Assembly (NCBI GenBank): GCA_051294375.1
Contig: CM119268.1
Span: 9,061,187-9,125,186, forward strand
Direction: 5' to 3'
From: Paraspadella gotoi
Taxonomy: Eukaryota; Animalia; Chaetognatha
DNA length: 64,000 nt
Part shown: positions 1-12,229 of the stretch, piece by piece
Numbering within the stretch: position 1 is the first letter of the stretch
Layout: the number at the start of each line of letters is the position of its first letter
The notes under the pieces: model-generated
Database searches by the model: none
Told to the model about the DNA's origin: nothing
Seen by the model: only the letters and a program-made list of their open reading frames with translations
Position numbers and translations under genes: made by a program

Positions 1-34
1 CTAATAGAGAGAGAGAAGAGAGAGAGAAGAGAGA

Positions 35-100
<66 letters not shown>

Positions 101-1202
101 TTGTGCGATGCTAAAAGGCGAAAATTGCTTGAGGTCGCCGCGCGACATTTTCTTTTTTCCAGACATTTTTTTTCTGCAAACCTCAAGGCGAATATTCCTC
201 CGTAGTAAAAAATCCCTAGAGTATAAAATGAAATAATCGCGAAACATTTAAATCATTCCGTTTTATTCTTTTTTAAAAAAAAAAAATCAACGCTATTCTT
301 TTTTTTTAGCACAAAAATTCAATACATCGTCACAATACCAAAAGCCTATTCAAAGTCCTCCTTTCAACTTACATTCATTTTATATTATTTCATTCCAATT
401 AATTATATCATTCGTCCTCAACCTGAGGTTCATAATATTTCCCCCCCCCCCAATCCCTCCCCCCAAAAAATTCATATTTTCTATTTGGATTTATTATTTT
501 TCTCTCCCCAATTTTCCGCTCCCCTCTTTTCTCTCTCTGTCTCCTTTTCTTTGTCGTCTCGCTCTCTTCTCGCATCACGAGAGCAAGACGAAGATCCAAG
601 CGACGACTTTCCGACGATGACGTATCGACGTCCCGCCACCATCCCAGCATCACCTTAAGACCTGAACAGAGGGGGGTGTGCGGGGGGGGAGTTGAAAGGG
701 GTGTTGCCGAGAAGATTTCTCGAGGAGTGTTGATTCGTTCAAGTTGTGGATGATTGGCGAGGCTAGGAGTCGAAAGGTGTGAGACGGAGAAGTGAGGAGA
801 GAGAAATGGGATAATTTTGTGAAAAGATGAGTTCTGTGTAGAAGATGGCGGCGTCGATGCGTTAGGAGACGAGAGAAGTTTGAAGATGATTTGGATCGAT
901 CGAAAATGACTACCGTGTTATGATATGAGCTGGATGAGTTTTGGAGTCCAGGGTGAAGAATAAGGTCATCGCTGAGATGAAACGAGCCTTTTGAGCGCGA
1001 CGTGCAATGTGAGAAGAATTCATGAGCTCATCTGAAGATAAAGCTGTAACTAAGTAAGAGTGAAGATTAGTTGAGGTTAACGAGAATTCAGCGCTGGTGA
1101 AAGTTAGAAAAAAGAGATAAGCTCAGCGGTAAAGATGAGATAAGATTGCGTGAGGATCTTAGCCCAATGTAAACATTGAATGAATAGTGAAAATGTGAAG
1201 TA

Positions 1203-1356
1203 ATGATCTCAGCATGAAGAATGATTGAGCTCAACCCTTCATCTGTTGAGTCGGCGCCGGATCGAATCAAGAGATGAAGAGATGATCTCAGCATTGAAGA
1301 GATGATTTTAAGCTCAATCGGTTGAGCTGCTCTCCTTCGGTTGAGTTCGGCGCCGA
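1203..1356. repeat. ~82-bp tandem repeat with internal gagctcaac...gttgag hairpin
   Basis: Unit atgatctcagcatgaagagatgatt..gctcaacccttcatc.gttgag.tcggcgc.ggatcgaatcaagag; about 2 units here and about 2.5-3 units at 11260-11465. Confidence 0.75.
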
Positions 1357-1431
1357 CAAAATATATTTCTCGGAAAAATCATTCTGGCGGAAGTTTTTGA
1401 GAATCACTCGCGATTCGTTTGACTTTGGTTT

Positions 1432-1497
<66 letters not shown>

Positions 1498-1602
1498 TCT
1501 CGTCCTCCCTCTTTCTTTTACCCTCCCTAATCCGATTCTCTCTTCGTGTCTGAACCTTAACATTTCACCAATTCCACCTCACCAAAAATTAAACGACTCA
1601 CA

Positions 1603-1815
1603 CACCTCCTCGCCACACGCCTCACAAACCCAGCCGCCACCCGCTCTCTGGTCGATGTCCGACTCGAAGAATTCGAAGGCAGATTCGACGAAAGTTTTGG
1701 CTTCTCTTCCACCTCGTCGCCGGGGGTAAGGTTCGAAAGGTTCGAAACACTTGATTGTAGAGACTGGGGATTCGAGTGTGGATCGAGATGGGGTGGACGG
1801 GAGTTTGAGACGCTC
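1603..1815 (-). CDS. Possible exon of unknown gene (..AFEFFESDIDQRAGGGWVCEACGEE); duplicate at ~11.72-11.94 kb
   Basis: GC-rich open frame ending at a GAG|GTGTGT donor, with a W-x-C-x-x-C motif. A possible terminal hydrophobic exon (..MIVIVGIVVAWIFVLLS) lies at ~540-661 behind a ctgttcag acceptor. Weak support. Confidence 0.3.
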
Positions 1816-1817
1816 GC

Positions 1818-2090
1818 TTTTTAGCATGGAATCTCGACGCTATAATTCGCTTTGTCGGTCCGTCGGCCCCACCCCAAAAGTTTGTCGGTGTGACACTTGT
1901 CAGAACATCGATAATGCGAAGATGTCCGTCCGTCCGTCCGTTTGTCGTGGTCAGTGACGAAAAGACATAAAAACAAACATGTCGGATAAATTATTAATTA
2001 ATTAATTAATTATTGAACTGAAATAATTAATTAATTAATGAACTTGAAATAATTAATTAATAATTAATTCATTGTTTGATCAAACTTTTT
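1818..2090 (+). mobile_element. Short internally deleted Helentron/HINE-like element (duplicate 11939-12216)
   Basis: Starts in a T-run, then cgac(t/g)ctataatt..ctttgtcggtccgtcgg, (GTCC)n, (TAAT)n and the family 3' end cattgtttgatcaaactt(g)ttt shared with ~20930-20953 and ~32533-32557. Confidence 0.65.
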
Positions 2091-2099
2091 TTTATTTCT

Positions 2100-3035
2100 T
2101 ATTTATTTCGCATAACTGAAAATTATATTCATAAAATATGTCTTGTTAAAGAGTTTATAATGATTTTTTATCTGAATTGAGCCCTGACCTTTTATTTTTG
2201 AAGGCTCAAATATCTGAATTTGAAGTTTAATTGAATGACTTTGATAATTTGAATAATTTTGATTAAAGCCTCTAATGGGTTTAATTTTATACATTGAATT
2301 TGAATAACTGGTCTCTCATTGGTTAATAATAACTAGTAGATGTTTTGATTTTATTCTCAAAATGTGAACCTCTCTCTCATTGGTGTTTATAATTTTGTCC
2401 TTGTATATAAAAGGAGAGTAAATTCTTTTTGTATTCAAACGGAAAACGAAAACATAAAACTTGTTATGTTCATCTATCTGAATGACTTACATTTTAATAA
2501 TACTTTTAAGTCCAATGGAAAAAGTCTGTTTCGATTACGAGCAAAATACATGAATATTGAATAAGGTACAGGGTTCACAAATTATTTTGAACTTAATAAT
2601 TTTCAATTTTGAGCTCTTTTATTTATTTTCATTTCTTTTAACTTAGCTATCTCACACAAATTTTTCTCTATCACTTTCACTCTATCCTTTTTTAATTTAT
2701 TATTGTTGTAATTTATTTTCCATTATTTAGTTTAAAAACTTTATCTTAGTGTTACATTGCTCAAATGTATTATTTCCCTCTCATTCCCCTCTCTCTGTAC
2801 CATTTTCACTTCTTTTCAAACTTACTCTATCTGTCCTCAACTTACCATATGTCCTCAGCTCTAACAATTGTCTTCTCTATTCTTTGTTTAAAAACTCTGA
2901 CCTCTCTCTCTGGCATTCAAAATCACATTCACAAATGTAAAAATCGCGCTGATGAAGGCTTGCATTAAAGCCGAAACATGCCTTGTTTTTTATAAATAAC
3001 ATCGTTGATCAAAACAAAACAAACTATATTCGCGA
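2100..3035 (+). mobile_element. Penelope-like element (PLE) remnant: inverted ORF fragment + GIY-YIG-like C-terminus + pseudo-LTR with hammerhead
   Basis: The plus strand (read in copy 2) gives ENIKLV..LLES..KYMNIE*GIRVSQI, resembling the C-terminus of PLE GIY-YIG endonucleases. The adjacent minus strand gives RYLSLPKIKGQGSIQIK, resembling the PLE RT-EN linker. These are followed by a pyrimidine-rich repeat, a hammerhead core and an AATAAA-like signal. Protein similarity judged by eye. Confidence 0.6.
2944..2987 (+). ncRNA. Minimal type I hammerhead ribozyme motif (degenerate cleavage site)
   Basis: CTGATGA (2949-2955), A, GGCTT/AAGCC stem II, GAAA (2973-2976), CATGCC. This is the PLE-type minimal hammerhead layout with a tiny palindromic stem III; canonical GAAACATGTC reads GAAACATGCC here. 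Confidence 0.75.
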
Positions 3036-3601
3036 AACTTAATCATAAAAAAATCATTATACATTTTTTTGTTTTGCCTTTCGACTTTAAATTATATTAA
3101 TTATTATATTTTAACCATATAAAAATAAAAAAGATATGATTTCAGTTTTGATAGTAGTAAGTTTTTGAATCACTGTTTAAAGAATTTTACATTGACTCTA
3201 AACTTAAGAATTTAACATTTAAATTGAATTCAAATAGTAAAATGTAAAAAATACGGACGGTTATGACGTCGATAAAAAAGTTAATAATGATAAAAACGTT
3301 AAAAAAGCAAGCAATAGAAGAATTAGCCAGTCTTTTTTCTCTTTTTAATCAATGGCTCTGATCGATATTCTGGACAAGGAGCGAAAGAGTCGAGTTCATT
3401 TTTTCAATCACGTGATCGAGATTCTTCGATTTCCATTCATCGACGAGTTTTTGTCATTTCGTCGTTTCGTCCCGATTCTGAGTCGCGAATAAAAATTGAC
3501 ATCTGGTCGTTTTGAGGACAGTGAACGTCCGTTCGTATCTCTCTCTCTCTCTCTTCTTCTTTTTGTCTTGTCTCTCCGCTTTCTTCTAATTCTCCCAATG
3601 G

Positions 3602-3701
3602 GGTCAACCTGACCATTGAAGCCCCATTCACCGTCTCTTGCTTCCTCTTCCTTGTTCACCGTCGCCTATAAAAGCAAGGCCCGACCCTCAACATTTCATT
3701 C
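3602..3701 (+). promoter_or_regulatory. Pol II core promoter (TATA + Inr) with upstream GGTCAnnnTGACC palindrome
   Basis: TATAAAA at 3667-3673 and TCATTC at 3696-3701 put the TATA at -31 from the Inr A. GGTCA-acc-TGACC lies at 3602-3614, ~210 nt of leader precede the ATG at 3909. Confidence 0.65.
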
Positions 3702-3908
3702 ACTGTTCACAAAATTCTCTCGTTGCTATAAACTTAATGCCAAAATTTTGGTCTTCTTCCGATGTGCAAACTTTGAAAGAATTACTGTGCTTTCGTTCGC
3801 CGCTTTCTTAAAAAAAAAAAACTACGACTCTTTTCTCTCTCGTTCTCAAATTTCTGCATCAAACTCGCCTAAAAAAAAAACCACAATTCGCTCAAAATAA
3901 AAAAAAAA

Positions 3909-4455
3909 ATGTCTTTCGACCCTTCAACCTTCACTCAACCCGGCCATTCACTCCCTGCATGGAGGAATTAAACTTATCCTGCGTCCCTTACCTTCGAGAG
4001 CAAAAATTCGTCTTAGCCTTCGAATATGACGCCGATGGAACCCTCGTCAATGCGAGTGCTTTCCGCTGCCTCTGCCACCGCCGGGTCACGAGACGGAGGA
4101 AGGTTGACGAAGAAGGTCATCGAATGTGGATGCCGGGAGAGACGGAAAACGGAAAAGATTCATGAGATATCTGCCAATGCTCGAGAATTATGGAATGAGT
4201 CCGGGTTTATCAGAAGGAAACGCTGGATGGGCGACTGCAGCCTATTTCATCTCTGCAGTCGTCGATGACAAGAGTTGTTTCCCTGGCAAAGGTGTTTACG
4301 CCGTTTCCGGGGAGCAGCAGTCAACTCTAGGAGAGAAAACACTTTACGACGAATCGCCAAAATTATTGTCCACGAAAATCCTTAGATCGAATTGTCCCTT
4401 TTACGAAAAACGCGCCGCCAATGGTGTTCGGAAGCAAATCGCCCTTATTGATTAA
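3909..4455 (+). pseudogene. Frameshifted duplicate of the 186-aa intronless ORF (probably sequencing indels)
   Basis: Same ATG context and TAA as 14055-14615 but with multiple 1-nt deletions; AATAAA at 4665-4670. Confidence 0.6.
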
Positions 4456-5717
4456 ACGATTGAATAATGAAAAACTTTCTTTTTTATCTTGTGACAATTT
4501 TGGCTCATATCAAACACAACGAACGTGAAAGGAAAATATCTAACAATATATTGGTAACTTAATCATTTTAAATGAGAAATTTTTTTACTCGTAAAAAGCT
4601 TACAAACTCTAAACTATGAATTAATTTTTTTTTTTGCCCACAAAATCCTGGAGCAATTATAGTTAATAAATATTGAAATATGATTCTATATGTATATCTA
4701 ATTAGTTTTCATCGAAGTTTATAGATGAATTCTGTTCAGACGCTGTTAAAAGTGATACTATTCGATATTCGTGAAATCTTTTTTCAATTTTTTTCTTTCT
4801 TTCTATTTTTTTTTTTATATTTCTATATTTTCTATGCTAATGTGTATTTCATTGATATACTTAATACTTTCCAATTTGCAATGTCCGCAATGATCCTTAA
4901 TTGTTTGAATTTTATTTTTTAGTGCCATTAGTGCAATTTTCTTGCTCAATACTCATCGTTAATCGTTTAATCTTCTTATTGTCTTTAATTGTCAAATTGT
5001 CTCTTTTATTTCGGAAAAAAAAAAAAAAATTAATATTCTATGATAAGGGACGCTGTAAGAAACGCAAAACTTATAATCATTTTACCAATTTTTTCTCATC
5101 CATCCAAATCGCAAATGGCAAAAAATTTATCACTTATCATTAGTTCTGAAACACGAATTCTTTTTTTAAGCTTCTTTTTTCTTTAAGCTCTATCAGAATC
5201 GTTTTAAAATTCTACATGAATTTTTTAAAAAATTTGTGATTTATAGTTATATGATAAACTATAAACGCTTCTATGGTGTAGTGTTAACTATACATTTAGA
5301 TCTATCTCCTGCGATGATTCTATAATCATAAAATTGTTTTAAATTTTGTTATCTCTGTGTTATAATACAAACCTTGTTTCGCCTCATCATTTGTGTGCCT
5401 TCAAAATTATCTATTTTGACTGTAATGTTGCAATTTTCCCGTTTAAATAAATAAACGACAGTGTATTTGATAATAAACGTGAATTTTACTCCAAAGCGTC
5501 AGGTAGCTTAGCTTAAGTTAGCTCTCACCATTGAAAATGTTGGAAACGTTAAATTTGTAAATTTCCAAATGTATATATTTAATCTGGATCTGGATGGAAT
5601 TTAAACCCCGTCTAAAGATTTTATTTCATCATAAAAGAAATGATAAAATATTAAATTGTAAAGTTATTGTGTTCAATCAGTCTTTTTCAGCCTTGGCTCC
5701 AGCTCAAGCAAAAGATT

Positions 5718-6200
5718 TTTTAAGTCGGATCTGCTTATCTGCTTATCCGTCGGTTCGCCCTCACAATCTTGTCGGTCATTTACTTATTTCATGTCAGAAC
5801 ATCAAATTATGATAAAAATATGTAAAAAATTTATGTCTATCTGTTCTTGTCTGTCTGTCTGTCCGTCCCACCTTAGCATTAAACTCCAATTATTTTGGAT
5901 TGATTAAAATGAAATTTTTGTGTGGTGGTTAGGAAAGTGTGTGATGAGCTTGATATAAAGTTTCGATGGAATCGAGGAGTGTGTTTGTATGGAAAAAACC
6001 AAAGTCAGTTTACTTAATTTTATTATGCTTACTCATAAATGTTTTAAATTATATTTATTATTAATTAAGGTGAAAAAGTGAATGCAGTTAAAAAAAATAA
6101 GCAAGTTCAAAAAAATAATAATAGATACAAAAAATATTTTACTTGTAATTATTTCTACCATTAGTAACAGTTAATGCTTACATATATAATTTAATATAGA
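5718..6200 (+). mobile_element. Helentron/HINE-like element, 5' part (duplicate ~15892-16400)
   Basis: tttttaagtcggatctgct 5' subterminal motif, (GTCT/GTCC)n, and one internal unit tgtgtgg..taggaaagtgtgtgat.gagct.gatataaagtttcgatggaatcg. Confidence 0.7.
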
Positions 6201-6512
6201 AATAGATATAGAAATACATAAATATCGGCAATTGACCCACGACGCCTATAATAACAGAAGAAGTCAGGCAGTCACGATTAATGGAAGCCAAAGCCGTATA
6301 GCGAACTGACAGACTAACGAACAAATGGGCCAACTTATGTTGACGGAATGACAGTCCGAGCGAGAAATAAGCCGTCCGGGCCCGATGAGAGAAATAAATA
6401 GATTGACCTTCTTGCCGATGGACTGTCTTAAAAAGAAAAACGGCCAGACCGACCGACAGACGCGATCACTCAAAACACTTGGACTCCCTAGTCGCTACTT
6501 CCCCCCCTCCCC

Positions 6513-7892
6513 TCATTCCCCCTCAGTACCAGCATGGGCGAAGAGTCGTCTTCCCTCAGCAAAGCCTCCACGTCGATGGCTTCGCTGGAGGACTCGACGC
6601 CGCATCCTGGAGGACGGCTTGGCCCACTTCCCCCATCGGATCTTGTTAAGGAGTTTCTCCGTCGTCGAGTGGCCTCGCTCCGTGGAGGTCGAAGAATCCT
6701 AAGAGGGTTGGGGCGGCGTGGGGGTAACTAAGAGGGTTGGTGGGCGTGGGTAACTAAGAGGGTTGGTGGGGCGTGGGGCGAATCTTGTGCCCCGCTGTCA
6801 TTTTACTGACCCTTTTCAATTGAATTGTGATGAATGAGTGAGAAAAAATGACGTCGTTTGTTAGCGAAACTTAGACATTTTTTTTGTGATTTCGATTTTT
6901 TAACGAATTTTTAAGGGAAATGCATTAGACTCTTATTATTTGTCAAAACTCTGTTATGCATCTCTGCCTAGTGGTCACAGAGATGCGTCCTAACGCGCTA
7001 TAGTAACAATTTATGAGGCAGCTACACTACACCGACTGCCACAATAGATATTTACTTTTCTCTCCTTCCTCCATCTCCACCACGCCCACTCAACCACCAC
7101 CGCCCACCCAATTCTCCTTACCTCGACATCTTGCTCTTCAACGGAATATCCGACGTCGTCGTCGTCTGCTTTTCGTCCGCCATCGACGCCGTCATCGACG
7201 CCGCCGAGTCTCCGGCCGCGGCCAGCGCTGGAAGAGGAATATTACAAAACCGGCGCCGGATTCGAAAGGAATTCCTTGGACGGTGTCTCGATGCTCCCGC
7301 GACTCGCGGCGTCGCCCATCGGAAGATCGAGAGTGTCGAGCCGGGTTCGCCGACGGAGAAGTATGCTCGGCGTCGTCCCGCGGCGTCCATGGCGCCCGAG
7401 GCGGCGTCCATAGCGCCGTCGTCTCCGGCGTCAACGCCGCGTCTCGGCGCCTCGACGGAGCCCTCTCAGAGCCGCGCGATTTTGGCCATGTTGCGGAGGA
7501 CTCTCGCGTCTCGTCCAACTGGTCCACGATGTCCAAAGTCTCCGACGCCGCCTCCGGGAAGACTGCTGAAGTGTGCAACATCAACTCGTCGAGGCTCTGA
7601 AGACCTCCTCGAGGTCAACGTCTGAGATCGGCTCCCGCTGGGCCGAGGTGTGCGTGTCCCTCTCGGTAGAAGACGTGGTGCCGCGGCGGATGCTGCGCCG
7701 TGGGTTGCTGCGGCGGTTGCTGCGGGTGTTGCCGCCAATTGAGGCGGTTTTTCTGTGCGGAGTTGCTGTTGTTAGAGGATGTTTTGAAGTCGAGGGAATT
7801 GACCGAAAAGTTTGGCGGGAATCTGATGATGGAAAGATAAATAAGTAAACGACGTTTTTAATCAACTTCTTTAAACGCTTCTGTCTCTCTCT

Positions 7893-7929
<37 letters not shown>

Positions 7930-9195
7930 CTCTCTCTCTCTCGCCTGGTTTCGTTCCTCGAAAATCTGTTGCCTGATGTTGTTGTTGCAACTTTCAACTG
8001 CTGCCTAACGAATTCATGTCCAGAGCAACAGTCCAAACTCCTGCATCGCTTCCGCGTGTTAGACTTGCGTTTCTTGGTTCTTCGTTCCTCTTTCACCGAC
8101 TCTTCGCGGGGCGTTTTCCCTTTTACCGAGCCGCTAGCGTCGAGAATGCCATTCATCCAGAGAATCGACGCTCCGGCCGCCGCCTCCCCGCCCCCGACTA
8201 GCGCTCTGCTTTCCCTCCATCAACATCTTTCGAATCCTCGTCAATCTGCCGCTTGGCCGCATCCGGCTCCCAGATCCTCGTCGGCGAGCATCTCGAGGAT
8301 CAGCATCTTCCACCATTTTCAGCTATCATCTTGCAGTCGCGTTCCTCCTGCGCTCCGCCGCTGCTCCGTCGCTGCTTTTCTGCTCCTGTTGTCTTCCCTG
8401 CTCTTCTATCTTCTTCTCTTCCTCTCTCCTTCCCTTCTCTCCCTCTCTTCCTCTCTCTCCCTCCTCTCTCCTCTCTTCCTCTCTCTCCTCCTCTCCCTCT
8501 CTCCTCTCTCTCCCTCCATCTCCCTCTCTCTCCTTCCCACTCCCTCTACTCCGCCGAGACTCTCCGGAGGCGACCTCGTCTTCAAACCTCTCGTCGTCCT
8601 TTTCGTCGTCGTTTTCATCCGCGTCTCCCGAAGCGCCCTCGCGGCTTCGAGCGCTCTCATCGCCTCGAACGCCGTCAGCGATTTCGTCGTCTTCCTATTC
8701 TCGTCGTCTCGTCGACGTCATCTCTATCGTCGTTGTCCGTAAGTCTTCGACAGAGTTTATTCGGGCTTCAATCATTTCCGCGAAATCCTTCAACGCGCGC
8801 GGAAGTTGTTGGTGTCTTGTCGAGATTTCTTGCGGGCAGCGTACACTTCTTCGTGAATAAAAGAGAGATCGTCAATGTCTCGGTTGCACATTGTATTACT
8901 ATTTATAATTAAGTTAATTCTCACCTAAGTCAGATTTAATGCTACGCCGCCCTTCCGTTACAATCCGTTTCGTTCCATCCTCTCCCTGACGTCAGTCATC
9001 AACCTCCTCCTCTCTCCTCGTCGCCAGCTCGTTTCGAGTTTCCAAACATCGAATCCGCCAACGATGGGCCGCATTTTTGCTTCGTCGTTGCGAGCTTTCA
9101 CTCGACGAATGAGATACTCTCCCTCCTTTTATGATTTCTTCTTCCTCCTCTTCTTTTCTTCCTTTCCTCTTCTGCTACTTCCCTTCTTTTCTTCA
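6513..9195 (-). pseudogene. Partial duplicate (3' exons only) of the large minus-strand gene
   Basis: Matches 16694-19390 with extra indels; breaks off mid-exon at ~9195 and is joined to unrelated sequence before the gap. Confidence 0.6.
6698..6782. repeat. ~30-bp G-rich tandem repeat x3 (duplicate 16884-16971)
   Basis: Unit ctaagagggttggtggggcgtggggggtaa directly abutting the terminal-exon acceptor. Confidence 0.85.
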
Positions 9196-9816
9196 TCTCT
9201 CTGCTGTTTGTGAGGAGAAGTGGGAGCAGACGATTGGCAAAGGAGAGAGGCTGGAGGTGCAGACGATTGGCGAACGTGAGGGAATTTGAGATGGTCAGAG
9301 CCACTGCAGGGATTTTAGACCGGAAATACGAAGTTAGGCGTGGGATATTATTCAGGCGGTTAAATTCCGTTTCGAATTTTTGGAAACTATGGTTTTTTTG
9401 TTTTTTTATTTATTTATTTTATTTTAAGAATTGTATGCATTTTTATGTATATACTGACTCACGACAGTTTCTTTTTTTAATCTCTCACTCTCAAAATTTT
9501 TTTCTTCATTTTCTTTTCTAATAAATAATTTGTTAGTTAAATTAGTTCATTTTTTTCATCTTTTTACCGTTTGATCTTTCACAAAAGCTTATTCAACTCA
9601 CAAACTTACGACCAGCATCGGGCCGACTCCTCACGCACCCTTTTCACGTTCTTTCCAGTGATTCGCTGTGAGAATCTCACCCAAATATCATCACTAGTTC
9701 ACCATCGCCTTCACCACCAGGGAATGTTTGGTTCTTGAACCAAAACATTTTTATCTTCAACGTTTCGAATTTTTACTCTTCTTCCAACCCATTTCTCTCT
9801 CTCTCTCTCTCTCTCT

Positions 9817-9878
9817 NNNNNNNNNNNNNNNNNNNNNNNNNNNNNNNNNNNNNNNNNNNNNNNNNNNNNNNNNNNNNN
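9817..9878. other. Assembly gap between the two duplicated blocks
   Basis: Run of N. Other gaps: 24590-24842, 25563-25809, 26780-26804, 40596-40714, 46092-46415, 63284-63565. Confidence 1.
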
Positions 9879-10023
9879 TCCTTCTCTATTAGGAGCTAAA
9901 GTTGTCAGGTCGACTCATCGCCACGAGGAGTTATGATCGCCCCGCAACGGCTTTACGAGTTGCCTTGACAACCGAAGAGATTCTCTCCCTGGAGAAAGAA
10001 GAGAAAGAGAGAGGAGGAGAGAG

Positions 10024-10089
<66 letters not shown>

Positions 10090-11546
10090 GGTGGTGGAGA
10101 GGAGAGAGAGAGAGAGAGAGAGAGAGCTTGTGCGATGCTAAAAGGCGAAAATTGCTTGAGGTCGCCTGCGCGACATTTTTCTTTTTTCCAGACATTTTTT
10201 TTTCCTCGCAAGAACCTCAAGGCAAATATCCTCCGTAGTAAAAAACTCCCTAGAGTATAAATGAAATAATCGCGAAACATTAAATCATTCCGTTTTATTC
10301 TTTTTTAAAAAAAAAAAAATATCAACGCTATTCTTTTTTTTTAGCACAAAAATTTCAATACATCGTCACGAATACCAAAGGAGCCTATCTTACGATACTC
10401 AAAGTCCTCCTTTCAACTTACATTCATTTTATATTATTTCATTCCAATTTAATTATATCATTCGTCCTCAACCTGAGGTTTCATAATATTTCCCCCCCCA
10501 AATCCTCCTTCCAAAAAAATTCAATATTTCTATTGGATTTATTATTTTTCTCTCTCAATTTCCGCTCCCCCTCTTTTCTCTTCTGTCTCCTTTTTCTTTG
10601 TCGTCTCGCTCTCTGTCTCGCATCACGAGAGCAAGACGAAGATCCAAGCGACGACTATTCCGACGATGACGATCATCGACGTTCCACCATCCCCCAGCAT
10701 CACCTTAGACCTGAACAGAGGGGGGTGGGCGGGGGGGGGAGTTGAAGGGGTGTTGCGAGAAGATTTTCTCGAGGAGTGTTGATTCGTCAAGTGTGGATGA
10801 TAGGCGAGGCTAGGAGTCGAAAGGTGTGAGAGCCGAGAAGTGAGAGAGAGAAAATGGGATAATTTTGTTGAAAAGATGAGTTCTGTGAGAAGATGAGGCG
10901 GTCGATGGTTAGGAGACGAGAGAAGTTTGAAGATGATTTTGGATCGATCGAAAAATGACTACCGTGTTTATGATATGAGCTGGATGAGTTTTGGAGTCCA
11001 GGGTGAAGAAATAAGGTCATCGCTGAGATGAAACGAGCCTTTTGAGCGCGACGTGCAGATGTGAGAATGAATTCATGAGCTCATCGTGAAGATAAAGCTT
11101 AGTAACTAAGTAAGAGTGAAGATTAGTTGAGGTTAACGAGAATTCCAGCGCTGAGTGAAAGTAAGAATAAAGAGATAAGCTCAGCGGTAAAGATGAGATA
11201 AGATTGGTGAGAATCTTAGCCCAATGTAAACATTGAATGAATAGTGAAAATGTGAAGTAATGATCTCAGCATGAAGAGATGATTTGAGCTCAACCCTTCA
11301 TCTGTTGAGGTCGGCGCCGGATCGAATCAAGAGATGAAGAGATGATCTCAGCATGAAGAGATGATTTTAGCTCAACCCTTCATCGGTTGAGGTCGGCGCT
11401 GGATCGAATCAAGAGATGAAGAGATGAGTTGAGCTCAACTCTCCTTCGGTTGAGTTCGGCGCCGACAAAAATATATTTCTCGGAAAAATCATTCTGGCGG
11501 AAAAGTTTTTGAAGAATCACTCGCGGATTCGTTTTGACTTTGGTTT

Positions 11547-11624
<78 letters not shown>

Positions 11625-12229
11625 CTCCTTTTCTTTTACCCCTCCCTAATCCGATTCTCTCTTCGTGTCTGAACCTTAACATTTCACCAATTCCACCTCA
11701 CCAAAATTAAACGACTCACACACCTCCTCGCCCACACGCCTCACAAACCCAGCCGCTCACCCGCTCTCTGGTCGATGTCCGACTCGAAGAATTCGAAGGC
11801 AGATTCGACGAAAGTTTTGGGCTTCTCTTCCACCTCGTCGCCGGCGTAAGGTTCGAAAGGTTCGAAGACACTTGATTGTAGAGACTGTGGATTCGAGTGT
11901 GGATCGAGATGGGTGGACGGGGAGTTTGAGACGCTCGCTTTTTAGCAGGAGATCTCGACTCTATAATTCGCTTTGTCGGTCCGTCGGCCCCACCCCAAAA
12001 GTTTGTCGGTGTGACACTTGTCAGAACATCGAATAATGCGAAGATGTCCGTCCGTCCGTCCGTTTGTCGTGGTCAGTGACGAAAAGACATAAAAACAAAC
12101 ATGTCGGATAAAATTAATTAATTAATTAATTAATTATTGAACTTGAAATAATTAATTAATTAATGAACTTGAAATAATTAATTAATTAATTAATGCATTG
12201 TTTGATCAAACTTGTTTTTTTTTTAATTC

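Larger units (their letters stand above)
1..9195 (+). repeat. Copy 1 of a ~9.2 kb direct duplication
   Basis: Colinear and near-identical to ~10010-19390 (e.g. ttgtgcgatgctaaaaggcg at ~101 and ~10128; gatactctccctcctttt at ~9113 and ~19307). Differences are mostly 1-nt indels. Similarity stops at ~9195. Confidence 0.95.

Noticed and set aside
11260-11465. Ankyrin-like peptide LHLLIRSGADLN on the minus strand of the 82-bp repeat
   Set aside because: A TGA follows the motif in repeated units, the period is not a multiple of 3, and the rest of the ankyrin consensus is missing.
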